Translations under genes and position numbers: made by a program
Notes under the pieces: model-generated
What the model was told of the DNA's origin: nothing
Databases searched by the model: none
What the model saw: the letters and a program-made list of their open reading frames with translations, nothing else
Assembly (NCBI GenBank): GCA_965207185.1
Contig: OZ242271.1
Location: 2,726,522-2,790,521, forward strand
DNA from: Chloroflexota bacterium
Lineage (GTDB): Bacteria; Chloroflexota; UBA11872
DNA length: 64,000 bases
Direction of reading: 5' to 3'
Part shown: in pieces, positions 28,688 to 37,600 of the stretch
Position numbering within the stretch: position 1 is the stretch's first letter
How the letters are laid out: every line of letters starts with the position of its first letter

Positions 28688-31300
28688 CGCCGTCCGCGTT
28701 GGCCTCGGAAGCGGCCGCCTGGATCTCAGCTCGGAGCTTGGAGAATTCGAACTCCGCCAAGCGCTCGTTTTGGCCGAAGAGTTGCTCCTCAACGTAGGGA
28801 AGGATCGAATAGTCCCAGATTCGCTTCACCCACTCCTCATCAAGGTCTTTGTGCATGAAGTGGCTGGGGCCGATGGCCAGGTGGCGGTCGGAAAGTTTGT
28901 TGTTGGCGCGGTTGAGGAGGTCGGCGACCCACTTCATTGAGGGCTTTTCCTTGTCGAGCCACCGGCCAAGCAGACCCTGTACGGGTTGCCTGTCGGGGAA
29001 GAACGGGACGAAGTGGAAGCGGCGGCGTAGGGCGGCGTCCACCAGGGCGATAGAGCGGTCGGCGGTGTTCATGGTGGCGATGAACCAGAGGTTCCCGGGG
29101 AGTGAGAACCGATCCTCCGCTTCGGAGTACTGAAGTGACATTTGGCGGTCACGGTATTCGAGCAGGAAGTAAAGTTCGCCGAAGACGCGGGCCACGTTGC
29201 CTCGGTTTATTTCGTCGATGACCAGCACGTGCGTTGCGCCCGACTGGGCGCAGGCCTTGTTGGCTATGCGCTTGAGCGGGCCTTCGCGGAGTTGGAAGCC
29301 CGGCCGGCCGTTCTGGTCCGCCGGACGGAAGCCTTCCACGAAGTCCTCGTAGGCGTAGGACGGATGGAACTGAACGAGATTGGTACTACCTTCGGCGCCG
29401 GCGAAGTGGCGAGCGAGCTCCTGGGCGACGTAGGTTTTGCCGGTGCCGGGTGGACCGTAGAAGATGACTTGACGTTTGTCTTGGAGCAGGCGGTGGATGT
29501 TTCGGAGGTGGTGGAGGTCCCAAAAGAGCCGGGCGGCGAGGGTTTCGAGGGTCTCCGATGTCACGGTGATTGAAAACGTAAGACTGGCTGACTCGTCATT
29601 GTCATCCAACGCTGTGTACGTGTAGCGCGTAGTGGCCTGTGCCGCTGACGGGGTTCCTCGCAGAGTGCGGGTGTCGGAGTCAAACGTGAGTCCGGCCGGT
29701 GGTGGCGGGGAAAGCTCGTAGGACGGCTCTTCGACTCCGGCGCTGGCTGACGGAAGATCCAGCGTCGGGATTGCGCGATTCTGCATGTACTCCTGGTGAG
29801 CGATCGACTCGTCAAATTTGGGTGGCTTAACTACAGGATCGTCGACAACGGTGAACCGTTGGAATGCGGCATGCTCCACCTCCGGTAGCACATCCCTTCG
29901 ACCGTCATCACTGAACATTGACCAAAGCAACGACTGTGCATACAAACGATCTTGGAGGACAAGCCCATGTGATCTCGCTTCCTCTAGCAGTTTGTCCAAA
30001 AAGCTCAGAGCATGGGAATATACTGTAGCTTCATCGGCAGTACCATCGGGCGGACTATGTCCGACCAACTTATACGCTTTATCGAAGAGTGAGAACATGT
30101 ATATGGGATACTTGTGTGGATCAACTGCCATAGCTAGAAATGAAATCAGTCTTGTCCGTGTGCCTACACCGCCACGGAATGTCGTCGGGTATCTTGACGA
30201 AAAGCCTCGAACCGCCTGTTCGATACTCGCTTTATCGTTCCATATTTCACGAAGAGCGGACCTAGCTTCAGATGGATCCTCAGCACACCACTTGAGAAAC
30301 GTGTCATGAGTACGAAAAGAGACTAATGTTTGACCTTGAAATGCCTTTTTCAAATGAGACAGCCAATCGTCAGTGCTATCTGTAAAGGAAAGCCTTTGCT
30401 TTCTGAAGCCTTCCAACAGTCTTTAGCTTGTAGTCGATCTCATATTCGTCGAATGTTCGGTGATCGGAAAACCGACATCCCCAGCGAACGAACCGTTGGA
30501 GGGTGGACATGCTGGAATCCCATACATAGCGTTTGCTTTCATCATAGAAGTGAAAGCCCTCGCCGTATGTGTCGTTCAGCTGACTTCGAATCTCTAGTAA
30601 GTCCTTGTCGATATCTCCGGATTGTCGACTCAGTTGGCTAGAAAAGGACTCTGCAATGTCACGCTTGTGACCCATAGAAGTAACAGGTTCGAAATAGCTA
30701 GGATGGACCAAATGAAGTAACGCGTTCTTTTGCGTTGAGGCATAAGAAAAAGTCAATCAAGTCAATGTCGTCTTTGAATACCCAAGGGTCGGTAAGCGCA
30801 TTAGCTCGATGCTTTTCAGGTTGATCCTTCCAGCGCTGACAGAACTCAATGATTACGCGAATGCTTGCATAAATTTGACCAAGAGCGGGTCCCAAATCGA
30901 TTAGGCCAGCATCGAGGGCGCTGTCGAGAGGATCTGGAATCGATAATTGCGGGCTCGTCCAGGCAAGAACACTATCAATTCTGGCTCGCTTCGTAGCCCG
31001 GGGTATTTTGCCTGGCCAGATAATCAAGTAGTAGACGTATAGAACTTCGGCTGCGAGCTGAACGGTCATGTGTGGCGCTTCGGCCAACTGATCGGCAAAC
31101 TTCTGGATGAAACCTCTTCCCGAGGTGTCAGGGTTTCCGACAAAGCGCCGGTGAAGGTCGCTCAGGTTTTCCAGCGACCAAATTGATTGGCCAGGGGTAA
31201 AGAGAGAATCGTCGCTGCGCAGCGCACTCTCCGCCCAACGTTCTGCGGTTTCGTAAACCGGCTCATGCCCAGCAACTCGCGCCATCGTGTCCGCCCGCAC
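28665..31300 (-). pseudogene. mcrB: Long-form McrB-like AAA+ GTPase subunit, split by two frameshifts
   Basis: ORFs 30698-31300, 30376-30756 and 28665-30416 sit in three frames and read as one protein. It has N-terminal modules (..WSLENLSDLHRRFVGNPD.., ..KNALLHLVHPSYFEPV.., ..DRLYAQSLLWS..), Walker A GPPGTGKT (29433-29456), VIDEINRGN, FIATMNTADRS and RRRFHF. Deleting one base of the A5 run at 30747-30751 joins ..DIDLIDF to SYASTQKNALLHL... The second shift lies within 30376-30416. Confidence 0.8.
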
Positions 31301-31424
31301 TGTTGGCAGGAGGAGAATACGTCAAGCGCTTGACTGTGCAGGGGGCGTCGCGCAGGGCGCGATCAGTGGAAAGGAGGGCACCCACGGGAGTGCCGCCACC
31401 GGATCAGCCGCGGAGGCGGTGGGG

Positions 31425-32063
31425 TTAGGGTTTTTGCCAGCGCATGAGGGTGAATTCGGGGATGCGGTACCAGTCTTCGAAGCGGGGGTTGTGGCGGAGG
31501 GTGTCGTCGGGTGGGACGGGTTCGAGGAAGCGGCGGAGGATGAGGTTGGCCGCGAGGTAGGCGTGCATGTAGGCGCTGAGGGGGCGGTGCCAGTTGACGA
31601 CTTTGTGGCCGCGCCAGTCGAGGGTAATTGGTCGCTCGTCGACATATTGGTCGATCGGCCGGAAGAGGCGGCGGCCGTCGGGTGAGCGTTTCCAGCCGGG
31701 GGAGGCGGTGATGAAGCCGAGGTTGGCGGCGACGAGGTGGCCACCGGGCTTGAGGACGCGGGCGGCTTCGGCGATGGCCGTCCGGAAGTCCGGGACATCG
31801 ACCCAGACGATGTAGCTGACGACGGTATCGACGGTGGATGAGGCGATGGGCAACGCGGTGGCAGGGGACCTGACGACGGCACAATTGCCAACTGCACGCG
31901 TGCGGGCTGTCTGAACCATGGGCCAGAAGAGGTCGAGCGCGATGGTGCGGGCGCCGCGCTGGGCGAGCATGCGGCTGAAGCGTCCCTCGCCAGCGCCGAT
32001 GTCGAGGACGAGTTGGCCTTCAACGTTTCCGCACTCCTCCAGCATGACGGCATCGAGGAGCAT
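31425..32063 (-). CDS. Class I SAM-dependent methyltransferase
   Basis: Motif I is VLDIGAGEGRF and the post-I motif is IALDL. Conserved-looking sequence (IQILIPEENDATGWQAFAAEYIRFIDEG) continues in frame upstream to about 32150 but contains no ATG, GTG or TTG, so the start is uncertain or mutated. Confidence 0.65.
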   Translation of the reverse strand: MLLDAVMLEECGNVEGQLVLDIGAGEGRFSRMLAQRGARTIALDLFWPMVQTARTRAVGNCAVVRSPATALPIASSTVDTVVSYIVWVDVPDFRTAIAEAARVLKPGGHLVAANLGFITASPGWKRSPDGRRLFRPIDQYVDERPITLDWRGHKVVNWHRPLSAYMHAYLAANLILRRFLEPVPPDDTLRHNPRFEDWYRIPEFTLMRWQKP

Positions 32064-32355
32064 GGTTCGGCTGGAGTCGCCTTCGTCGATGAAGCGGATG
32101 TATTCGGCGGCGAAGGCTTGCCAGCCGGTGGCGTCGTTTTCTTCGGGTATGAGGATCTGGATTGTGGAAAAGGGCGGTCATTATGCACCGGTGTGAAGCA
32201 CGACGGTTTGCATGTCTGCTTCGTCGTTCTCGACGAGTGCGTTATGGGGGCTCGCCGGGCTTCGGTTGATTCCCGAGGATGGTCTCGTGGCATTGCAGCG
32301 GTCGAAGGCCTAGGCTCAAGTTTAGGTCTGGTGAATTGCGATTGGTCAGTGACAA

Positions 32356-33376
32356 ATGGCTGAATTCCCCGTAGTTGATGCGGCCGGGTCGCCGTATGAG
32401 GTTGGGCGGGTGCATGGAGCGGCGGTGGGCGGGATGGTTCGGGCGGAGGTTGAGGCTCGGCTGGGCGGACTTGATCGGGATGCGGCGTTTCGTCATGTGG
32501 CGGGTGTGGAGGCGTTTCTAAGGGACTGGGCGCCGCATTTGCTGGATGAGGTGCGGGGGATTGCGGACGGGGCCGGGATCGATGCGCGGGCGGCGCTGTG
32601 GTTGCAGTGGGGGATGCGGGCGCCGGAGGCGTGCACGGCGTTTGCGGTGGGGCCGGAGTTCACGGGCGACGAGACGGTGTACGCGGGGCAGACGAAGGAC
32701 ACGGGGCCGGGAGCGAACGAGCGGTCGATCGTGCTGAAGGTCCGGCCAGCCGGACGGCCGGCGATTCTTAGTTTCAGCTACGCGGGGCACCTGGCGCAGA
32801 TTGGGATCAGTTCGACCGGGGTCTCGCTGTGGGGGATGTCGCTGTACGTGGCAGCTCCGGGGTCGGGTGCCAATCCGCTGCTGAAGCGGATGTTGCTGGA
32901 GTGCGAGAGCGTGTCGGCGATGCGGGAACTGGCGGACTCGATTTCGGGCGAGAACGTTGGCGCGTTTGGCTTTAGCGACGCCGATGGAAACGTGGGGGGT
33001 GCTGGAACGGCTACCAGGCCGGCAGATCTGGCTGGACGGCGGGCGCGACTCGATTGGGCACGCGAACATGATCGTCTCGCCGGATCCGGCGGATCGGGCG
33101 CTGGATTGCTACCCGACGCGATGCCCGAGCGCCGGTGCGCGCCACCACCGAGTGAATGCAGCGCTGGCCGAGCGACGGGGCGCGTTCGACGTGGCGGCCG
33201 GTTTTGCCGTCCTGTCGGATCAGACTGACCATCCGAAGTCGATCTGTCGCGAGACGACGGAGGTGGACGGCATCCTGACGAACTCGGCGATCGTGGCGGA
33301 GCCGCTGGCGGGGCGGTTGCACATGACGTATGGGCCGCCGACGCGGGCGGAGCCGCAGACGGTGAGTCTGAACTAG
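32356..33376 (+). pseudogene. C45-family peptidase / acyl-CoA:6-APA acyltransferase-like, frameshifted
   Basis: ORF 32356-33228 carries the N-terminal part, including the ..EACTAFAV.. nucleophile Cys. ORF 32957-33376 carries the C-terminal part (..GHANMIV.., ..VLSDQTDHPKSICRE.., ..TNSAIVAEP..). Deleting one G of the G6 run at 32994-32999 gives a continuous ..DADGNVGVLERLPG... Confidence 0.7.
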
Positions 33377-33428
33377 GTAGGTCGCTTTCGCCGTGGACGA
33401 CATTGCCCAGCCGACATTCGACGGGCCG

Positions 33429-33836
33429 CTATTCGTCGATTCGCCTTGCCCAGGGTGTTTCCGCGATTCCGCAGATCACTCCGCTGGGTGATGGGAAGCG
33501 AGCGGTGGTTTGTCCCCACGGCTCCGCTTTTGGCCCGTGGATCAGGGTGAGCGCCCGGCGTTCGAGGGCCTCGGAGGCTGCCGGAACTTCATCGACCTCG
33601 AACTCGACGGTGAAGCCTGGAGCGATCCGGTCGACCGCCGTCCTGTCTCCGTAGGTGGCTTCGGCAGCGGCCTCGCGGCTCCAGAGGCCGAAGTGGATGA
33701 CGCCGGGGACTTTTACCGATGCGTAGTCGGCGGAGACCGAGTCGTCGACCTCCAGGCCCAGGTCGTCGCGGTAGAAGCTAACTGCGGCCTCCAGGTCGTC
33801 CACGATTTCTGCGATTCCGGCGAGGTGCCTGATCAT
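33429..33836 (-). CDS. VOC (glyoxalase/bleomycin-resistance/dioxygenase) family protein
   Basis: 135 aa. MIRHLAGIAEIVDDLEAAVSFYRDDLGLEV is the typical first beta-alpha-beta module. Confidence 0.7.
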   Translation of the reverse strand: MIRHLAGIAEIVDDLEAAVSFYRDDLGLEVDDSVSADYASVKVPGVIHFGLWSREAAAEATYGDRTAVDRIAPGFTVEFEVDEVPAASEALERRALTLIHGPKAEPWGQTTARFPSPSGVICGIAETPWARRIDE

Positions 33837-33945
33837 CCGGGATGCCTTTCGAAGTTGGTTGCGGCAGCGAGTAATGACGCACGTGAGGCAACGCCAGCCT
33901 ACGTCCGCAGTGCCTGGAAAGCGGTTCAGGACCTACCGGCTGCGT

Positions 33946-34425
33946 TTAGCGATCGGCTTGGAGCCCCGGCCGTTCAATGGCGCGGCCGAATTCGGCCATG
34001 ACTCGGTCCCTCCGCTGAGATACGAGGGCGCACTCGGCGTTGTTGAGCGGGCGGTGGGCATCAAGGGTGACGGTGTCGCTGTGGTCGGCGGGGTAGGGCG
34101 GGCTGGTGATGAAGAGGACGCGGGCGGATGTGTCGTCGGCCGCGGCGAACTGGAGAGACTGGCCGGGAAGGGTTATGACCGACTCGCCAGTGGCCGCCAC
34201 AGTCTCGTGGGTTTCGCCGGTCTGTGGGTCGTGGGTGATGGCGCGGATGCGGCCCGCGAGGACGTAGGTGACTTGCTCGAGGGTGAGGTGGGCGTGGATG
34301 CCATAGGTGTGACCAGGCTGGATGTCGCCCTCGGCCAGGGCGAGGTGCGCGCAGGGGGTGACGTCGATCGGGTTGACGACCATGCCGTCGGGGGCGGTGA
34401 CGGGTGGGCCGGTTGCGCGGGGCAT
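33946..34425 (-). CDS. Cupin-domain protein
   Basis: From ATG 34425; the ORF-track start at 34602 would overlap the DUF4160 gene. The cupin motif is PGHTYGIHAHLTLEQVTYVLAGR ... GESVITLPG. Confidence 0.6.
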   Translation of the reverse strand: MPRATGPPVTAPDGMVVNPIDVTPCAHLALAEGDIQPGHTYGIHAHLTLEQVTYVLAGRIRAITHDPQTGETHETVAATGESVITLPGQSLQFAAADDTSARVLFITSPPYPADHSDTVTLDAHRPLNNAECALVSQRRDRVMAEFGRAIERPGLQADR

Positions 34426-34501
34426 TTTGATGTCTAAGCTCTTAACAGACCGAGACTGCTGACGGCCTCGAACTTCGCCTCTGATGTCAGGCATCTTGGC
34501 G

Positions 34502-34762
34502 CTAGTCCAAGGGTTCGATCTTGCCGAGCGGTTCCAAGCGCCTAGCGCGCGTCCACGCGTCACGCAATTCGCCCTGGTGCTGCACTGCCCACTCGATGAC
34601 AAGACCCTGAGCGCGTGGCGGTAGGCGACCGGAAAGAACTGCCAGGGTGTCGATGCCTATTACCGCTTGGTCACCGCTGTAGAAGGCGTGAAAGTGCGGC
34701 GGCCCGTGATCGTTGAAGTACATGCGAATAACGATTCCGTAGAAGCGACATAGCTCAGGCAT
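34502..34762 (-). CDS. DUF4160-family protein
   Basis: MPELCRFYGIVIRMYFNDHGPPHFHAFYSG... is the hallmark DUF4160 N-terminus. The start at ATG 34762 overlaps the upstream DUF2442 gene by 8 nt. Confidence 0.75.
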   Translation of the reverse strand: MPELCRFYGIVIRMYFNDHGPPHFHAFYSGDQAVIGIDTLAVLSGRLPPRAQGLVIEWAVQHQGELRDAWTRARRLEPLGKIEPLD

Positions 34763-35039
34763 TAGCGCCGAGGCTAGGGAGCCCTTCAAGCACGTCTTCG
34801 GCCGGAGTACCGGTGAGCTCTAGGTAGAGGGCGTCGGGGCAGAGTTCGATGTCGGATCGCCAGGCGATGCCCCCGTGTGGCGCAATGTGGACGTCTTCGA
34901 AGCGGCCTGGGTCGTTCCAGGCCGCGAAGACACCGCGGCCAGCCAGATGCGACAGGTCGATGACACCGCTGGCGCCGTCGTCGTAGCGGATCCAGATGCG
35001 GAAGCCGTCGCGAGGCTCAACCTCCACTGGGCGGGTCAT
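34755..35039 (-). CDS. DUF2442-family protein
   Basis: 94 aa. The pattern V..VEPRDGFRIWIRYDDGASGVIDLS...W is typical of DUF2442, which is usually paired with DUF4160. Confidence 0.7.
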   Translation of the reverse strand: MTRPVEVEPRDGFRIWIRYDDGASGVIDLSHLAGRGVFAAWNDPGRFEDVHIAPHGGIAWRSDIELCPDALYLELTGTPAEDVLEGLPSLGANA

Positions 35040-35101
35040 TCTTGACCCGCCTCTGCCATTCCCGCCGTCCTCATACGCCCTTCATGTCGTCGACCAAGCG
35101 T

Positions 35102-35872
35102 CTAGTGGGACGCCTCAGCTACCGGGACTCCCTCGAGGAGGCCGGCTTGGTGCATTTTTTCCCAGGCGGTGAGGAAGGTGGTGTTCCATTCGTCGGTGAG
35201 GGGGTTGTGGAGCATGTCGCGGAAGACTTCCCAGAAGACGATGATGCCGTCGGCCCCGGCCTGAAGGGCGGCGTTGGCGACATCGACCGAGCGGACGAGG
35301 GCGGCGGTGATGTAGGGCCGCTGCTCCCAGCCGGCGAACATGTCCGCGCACTCGCGCACGTGCCAGACCGGGTCCACGCCCACGTCCTTGTAGGGTTCGC
35401 AGAAGGGGAGGATGTGGGTTGCGCCGGCCTGCGCCACGACGGCGGCCTGGGTGAGGCTGAATGTCGTCGTGCAGAAGGTCTCGACACCCTCGGCGGCCAG
35501 GGTCGAAAAGGCTTCGAGGCCCTGGGTGGCACAGGGGATCTTGATGATGATCTGGTCGGACATCCTGGTGAAGACGTGGGCCACGTCCAGGAGTTCGGCC
35601 GTAGTGTGGCCGTCGATCTCGACCACGACCTGCTTGTCGGTGATGTCGAGGTAGCGGCGGATCACTTCGGTGAGCTGCCCGTACTTCTGGGTCATGTCGT
35701 CCAGGACGACGGTGTTGGTGACGATGCCGTAGCCGCCGCGGGGCAGCCAGACCTTGAGGTCTTCAGGGTCGCCGGCCAGCCAGATGGCGGGGCCGCGTTC
35801 GGTGAGTCGAGCCTGGGTCACAGGGCCTACGTCGGCCTCCACGCCGTTTGCCGTCACTGTCATAGCAGCCAT
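35102..35872 (-). CDS. Transaldolase / fructose-6-phosphate-aldolase family protein
   Basis: GIVTNT (compare GVTTNP), IIIKIPCATQG (Schiff-base Lys region) and TTTFSLTQAAVVAQAGATHILPF. Its start overlaps the upstream VOC stop by 1 nt (TAATG). Confidence 0.65.
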   Translation of the reverse strand: MAAMTVTANGVEADVGPVTQARLTERGPAIWLAGDPEDLKVWLPRGGYGIVTNTVVLDDMTQKYGQLTEVIRRYLDITDKQVVVEIDGHTTAELLDVAHVFTRMSDQIIIKIPCATQGLEAFSTLAAEGVETFCTTTFSLTQAAVVAQAGATHILPFCEPYKDVGVDPVWHVRECADMFAGWEQRPYITAALVRSVDVANAALQAGADGIIVFWEVFRDMLHNPLTDEWNTTFLTAWEKMHQAGLLEGVPVAEASH

Positions 35873-36285
35873 TAGAGATGCCTCCCGTCAACCAGTTGCA
35901 GTCCCACGCCCAGAGTCTTGTCGGTGTCGAGGAACGAGATGCGCCAGTCGGACGAACTGACGATTGGGTCGGTGCCGCCGATGCCGTGTTCGCCGCTCAG
36001 GGTTGCCAGCGTGTCGTCCATGGCGTCGTCACGGAAGGCGACGTGGTGGACGCTGGGGCCATGCTCGTGCAGGTGGGCGGCGAAGTTGCTGACGTCGTCG
36101 TTAGTGGGGCAGATGATCTCGAGATAGCTGTCGGTGTCGCCGATTTGGAGCGCGGCGTAGGCGTTGCCCTCTTCTTCCGACTCCCAGATCTTGAAGGGGG
36201 TCATGCCGAGCTTTTCCTGGAACAGGGCCAGGGCGGCTTCGCGGTCGGGCACAACGTAGGCGATGTGGTGAACGGCGTCGAACAT
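35872..36285 (-). CDS. VOC family protein (glyoxalase / methylmalonyl-CoA-epimerase-like)
   Basis: 137 aa. MFDAVHHIAYVVPDREAALALFQEKLGM, with HHVAF in the second half. Confidence 0.65.
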   Translation of the reverse strand: MFDAVHHIAYVVPDREAALALFQEKLGMTPFKIWESEEEGNAYAALQIGDTDSYLEIICPTNDDVSNFAAHLHEHGPSVHHVAFRDDAMDDTLATLSGEHGIGGTDPIVSSSDWRISFLDTDKTLGVGLQLVDGRHL

Positions 36286-36475
36286 GGCGGCCTCCAGGGG
36301 CGGCCTACAGATTTGGGGAGAGTGTACGCCTCTAGAGCGTGCGCGGGTGGTTGAATGAGCCTAGGGCGCGCGGTGTGTGGTTCGACTCGGCCCCTTCGGC
36401 AAGCTCAGGGCCGGCTCTCCGAAGACTCCGGGCAGGCTCACCACGAACGGGGGCTAGCTTTGAATGGAGCTGGGA

Positions 36476-37600
36476 TTACTCGATGAAGGTGCGCCAGGGG
36501 TAGGCGGGTTCGGGGCCGTCGGCTTCATCCTCGAGCGCGTCGAGGTTGAGGTCGTCGATGCCAAGGCCGGGCTTGTCGCTGAGGTGCATGTAGCCGTCGT
36601 GGACTTCCATAGCTTCGCCTGCGACGCGGCGGCGGAGTTCGGCCTCGGGGTAGGCGGTTTCGAGCACCTGGAAGTTGGGCGTCACGGCAGCGATCTGCAT
36701 GGCCATGGCGGCTGAGATGGGCCCGCCGGAGTTATGGGGGGCGACCTGGACGTGGTAGGTCTCGGCGGCGGCGGCGATCTTGCGGACTTCGGTGATGCCG
36801 CCGGCGTGGGTCAGGTCTGGCTGGATGAAGGCGGCGCCCTGACCCTCGAGCAGTTCACGGTAGTCGTGGCGGCTGAAGAGCTTTTCGCCGCAGGCGATGG
36901 GGGTGGCCATGCGCGGGGCCAGGGCGCACATGGCCTTGACGTTCTCGGCGGGGATGGGTTCTTCCAGCCAGACGGGACGGTAGGGCGCGAGGGCCTGGGA
37001 GGCTTCGATGGCGAGGCGGGGGGTGAGGCGTTCGGCGCATTCGATATGGATCTCGAAGTCGGGGCCGGTGGCCTCGCGGATGCCTTCGACGAGTTCGGCG
37101 GCGAAGCGGATGGCGGCAACGTCGGTGCGCTGGCCGGGCGAGCCGAACGGGGTGACCTTGACGCCGCGGTAGCCCTGGTTCTGGGCGCGGATGGCGCCCT
37201 CGACGTGGTCGGCCACGGAGTCCATCCAGCGTGAGACGCCGCCGGCGTAGACGCGGACTTTGCGGCGGATGGGTCCGCCCAGGAGCTTCCAGACTGGGAC
37301 TCCGTAGCGCTTCCCCTGCAAGTCCCAGAGGGCGCCGTCGATGGCAGAGATGGCGCTGTTGACGATGGGGCCGCCGCGCCAGCCGGTGTACAGGTCGCGC
37401 CAGATGAGTTCGATGGCGGAGGAGTCGCGGCCGAGCAAGCGGGGTGTGAATTGCTGGATGACGGCGGCCACGGCGGGGCCGCGGTCGGAAGTTGAGCCTT
37501 CGCCCCAGCCGCAGAGGCCCTCGTCGGTGGAGACGCGGACGAAGAGCCACTCGCGCCAGCGCACGAACTTGATGACGACGTCGATTCTCGTAATCTTCAT
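36476..37600 (-). CDS. Enolase-superfamily enzyme (mandelate racemase/muconate lactonizing family, sugar-acid dehydratase-like)
   Basis: 374 aa. MKITRIDVV...VSTDEGLCGWGEGS, WLEEPIP and IACGEKL, in the dehydratase-like layout. Confidence 0.75.
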   Translation of the reverse strand: MKITRIDVVIKFVRWREWLFVRVSTDEGLCGWGEGSTSDRGPAVAAVIQQFTPRLLGRDSSAIELIWRDLYTGWRGGPIVNSAISAIDGALWDLQGKRYGVPVWKLLGGPIRRKVRVYAGGVSRWMDSVADHVEGAIRAQNQGYRGVKVTPFGSPGQRTDVAAIRFAAELVEGIREATGPDFEIHIECAERLTPRLAIEASQALAPYRPVWLEEPIPAENVKAMCALAPRMATPIACGEKLFSRHDYRELLEGQGAAFIQPDLTHAGGITEVRKIAAAAETYHVQVAPHNSGGPISAAMAMQIAAVTPNFQVLETAYPEAELRRRVAGEAMEVHDGYMHLSDKPGLGIDDLNLDALEDEADGPEPAYPWRTFIE

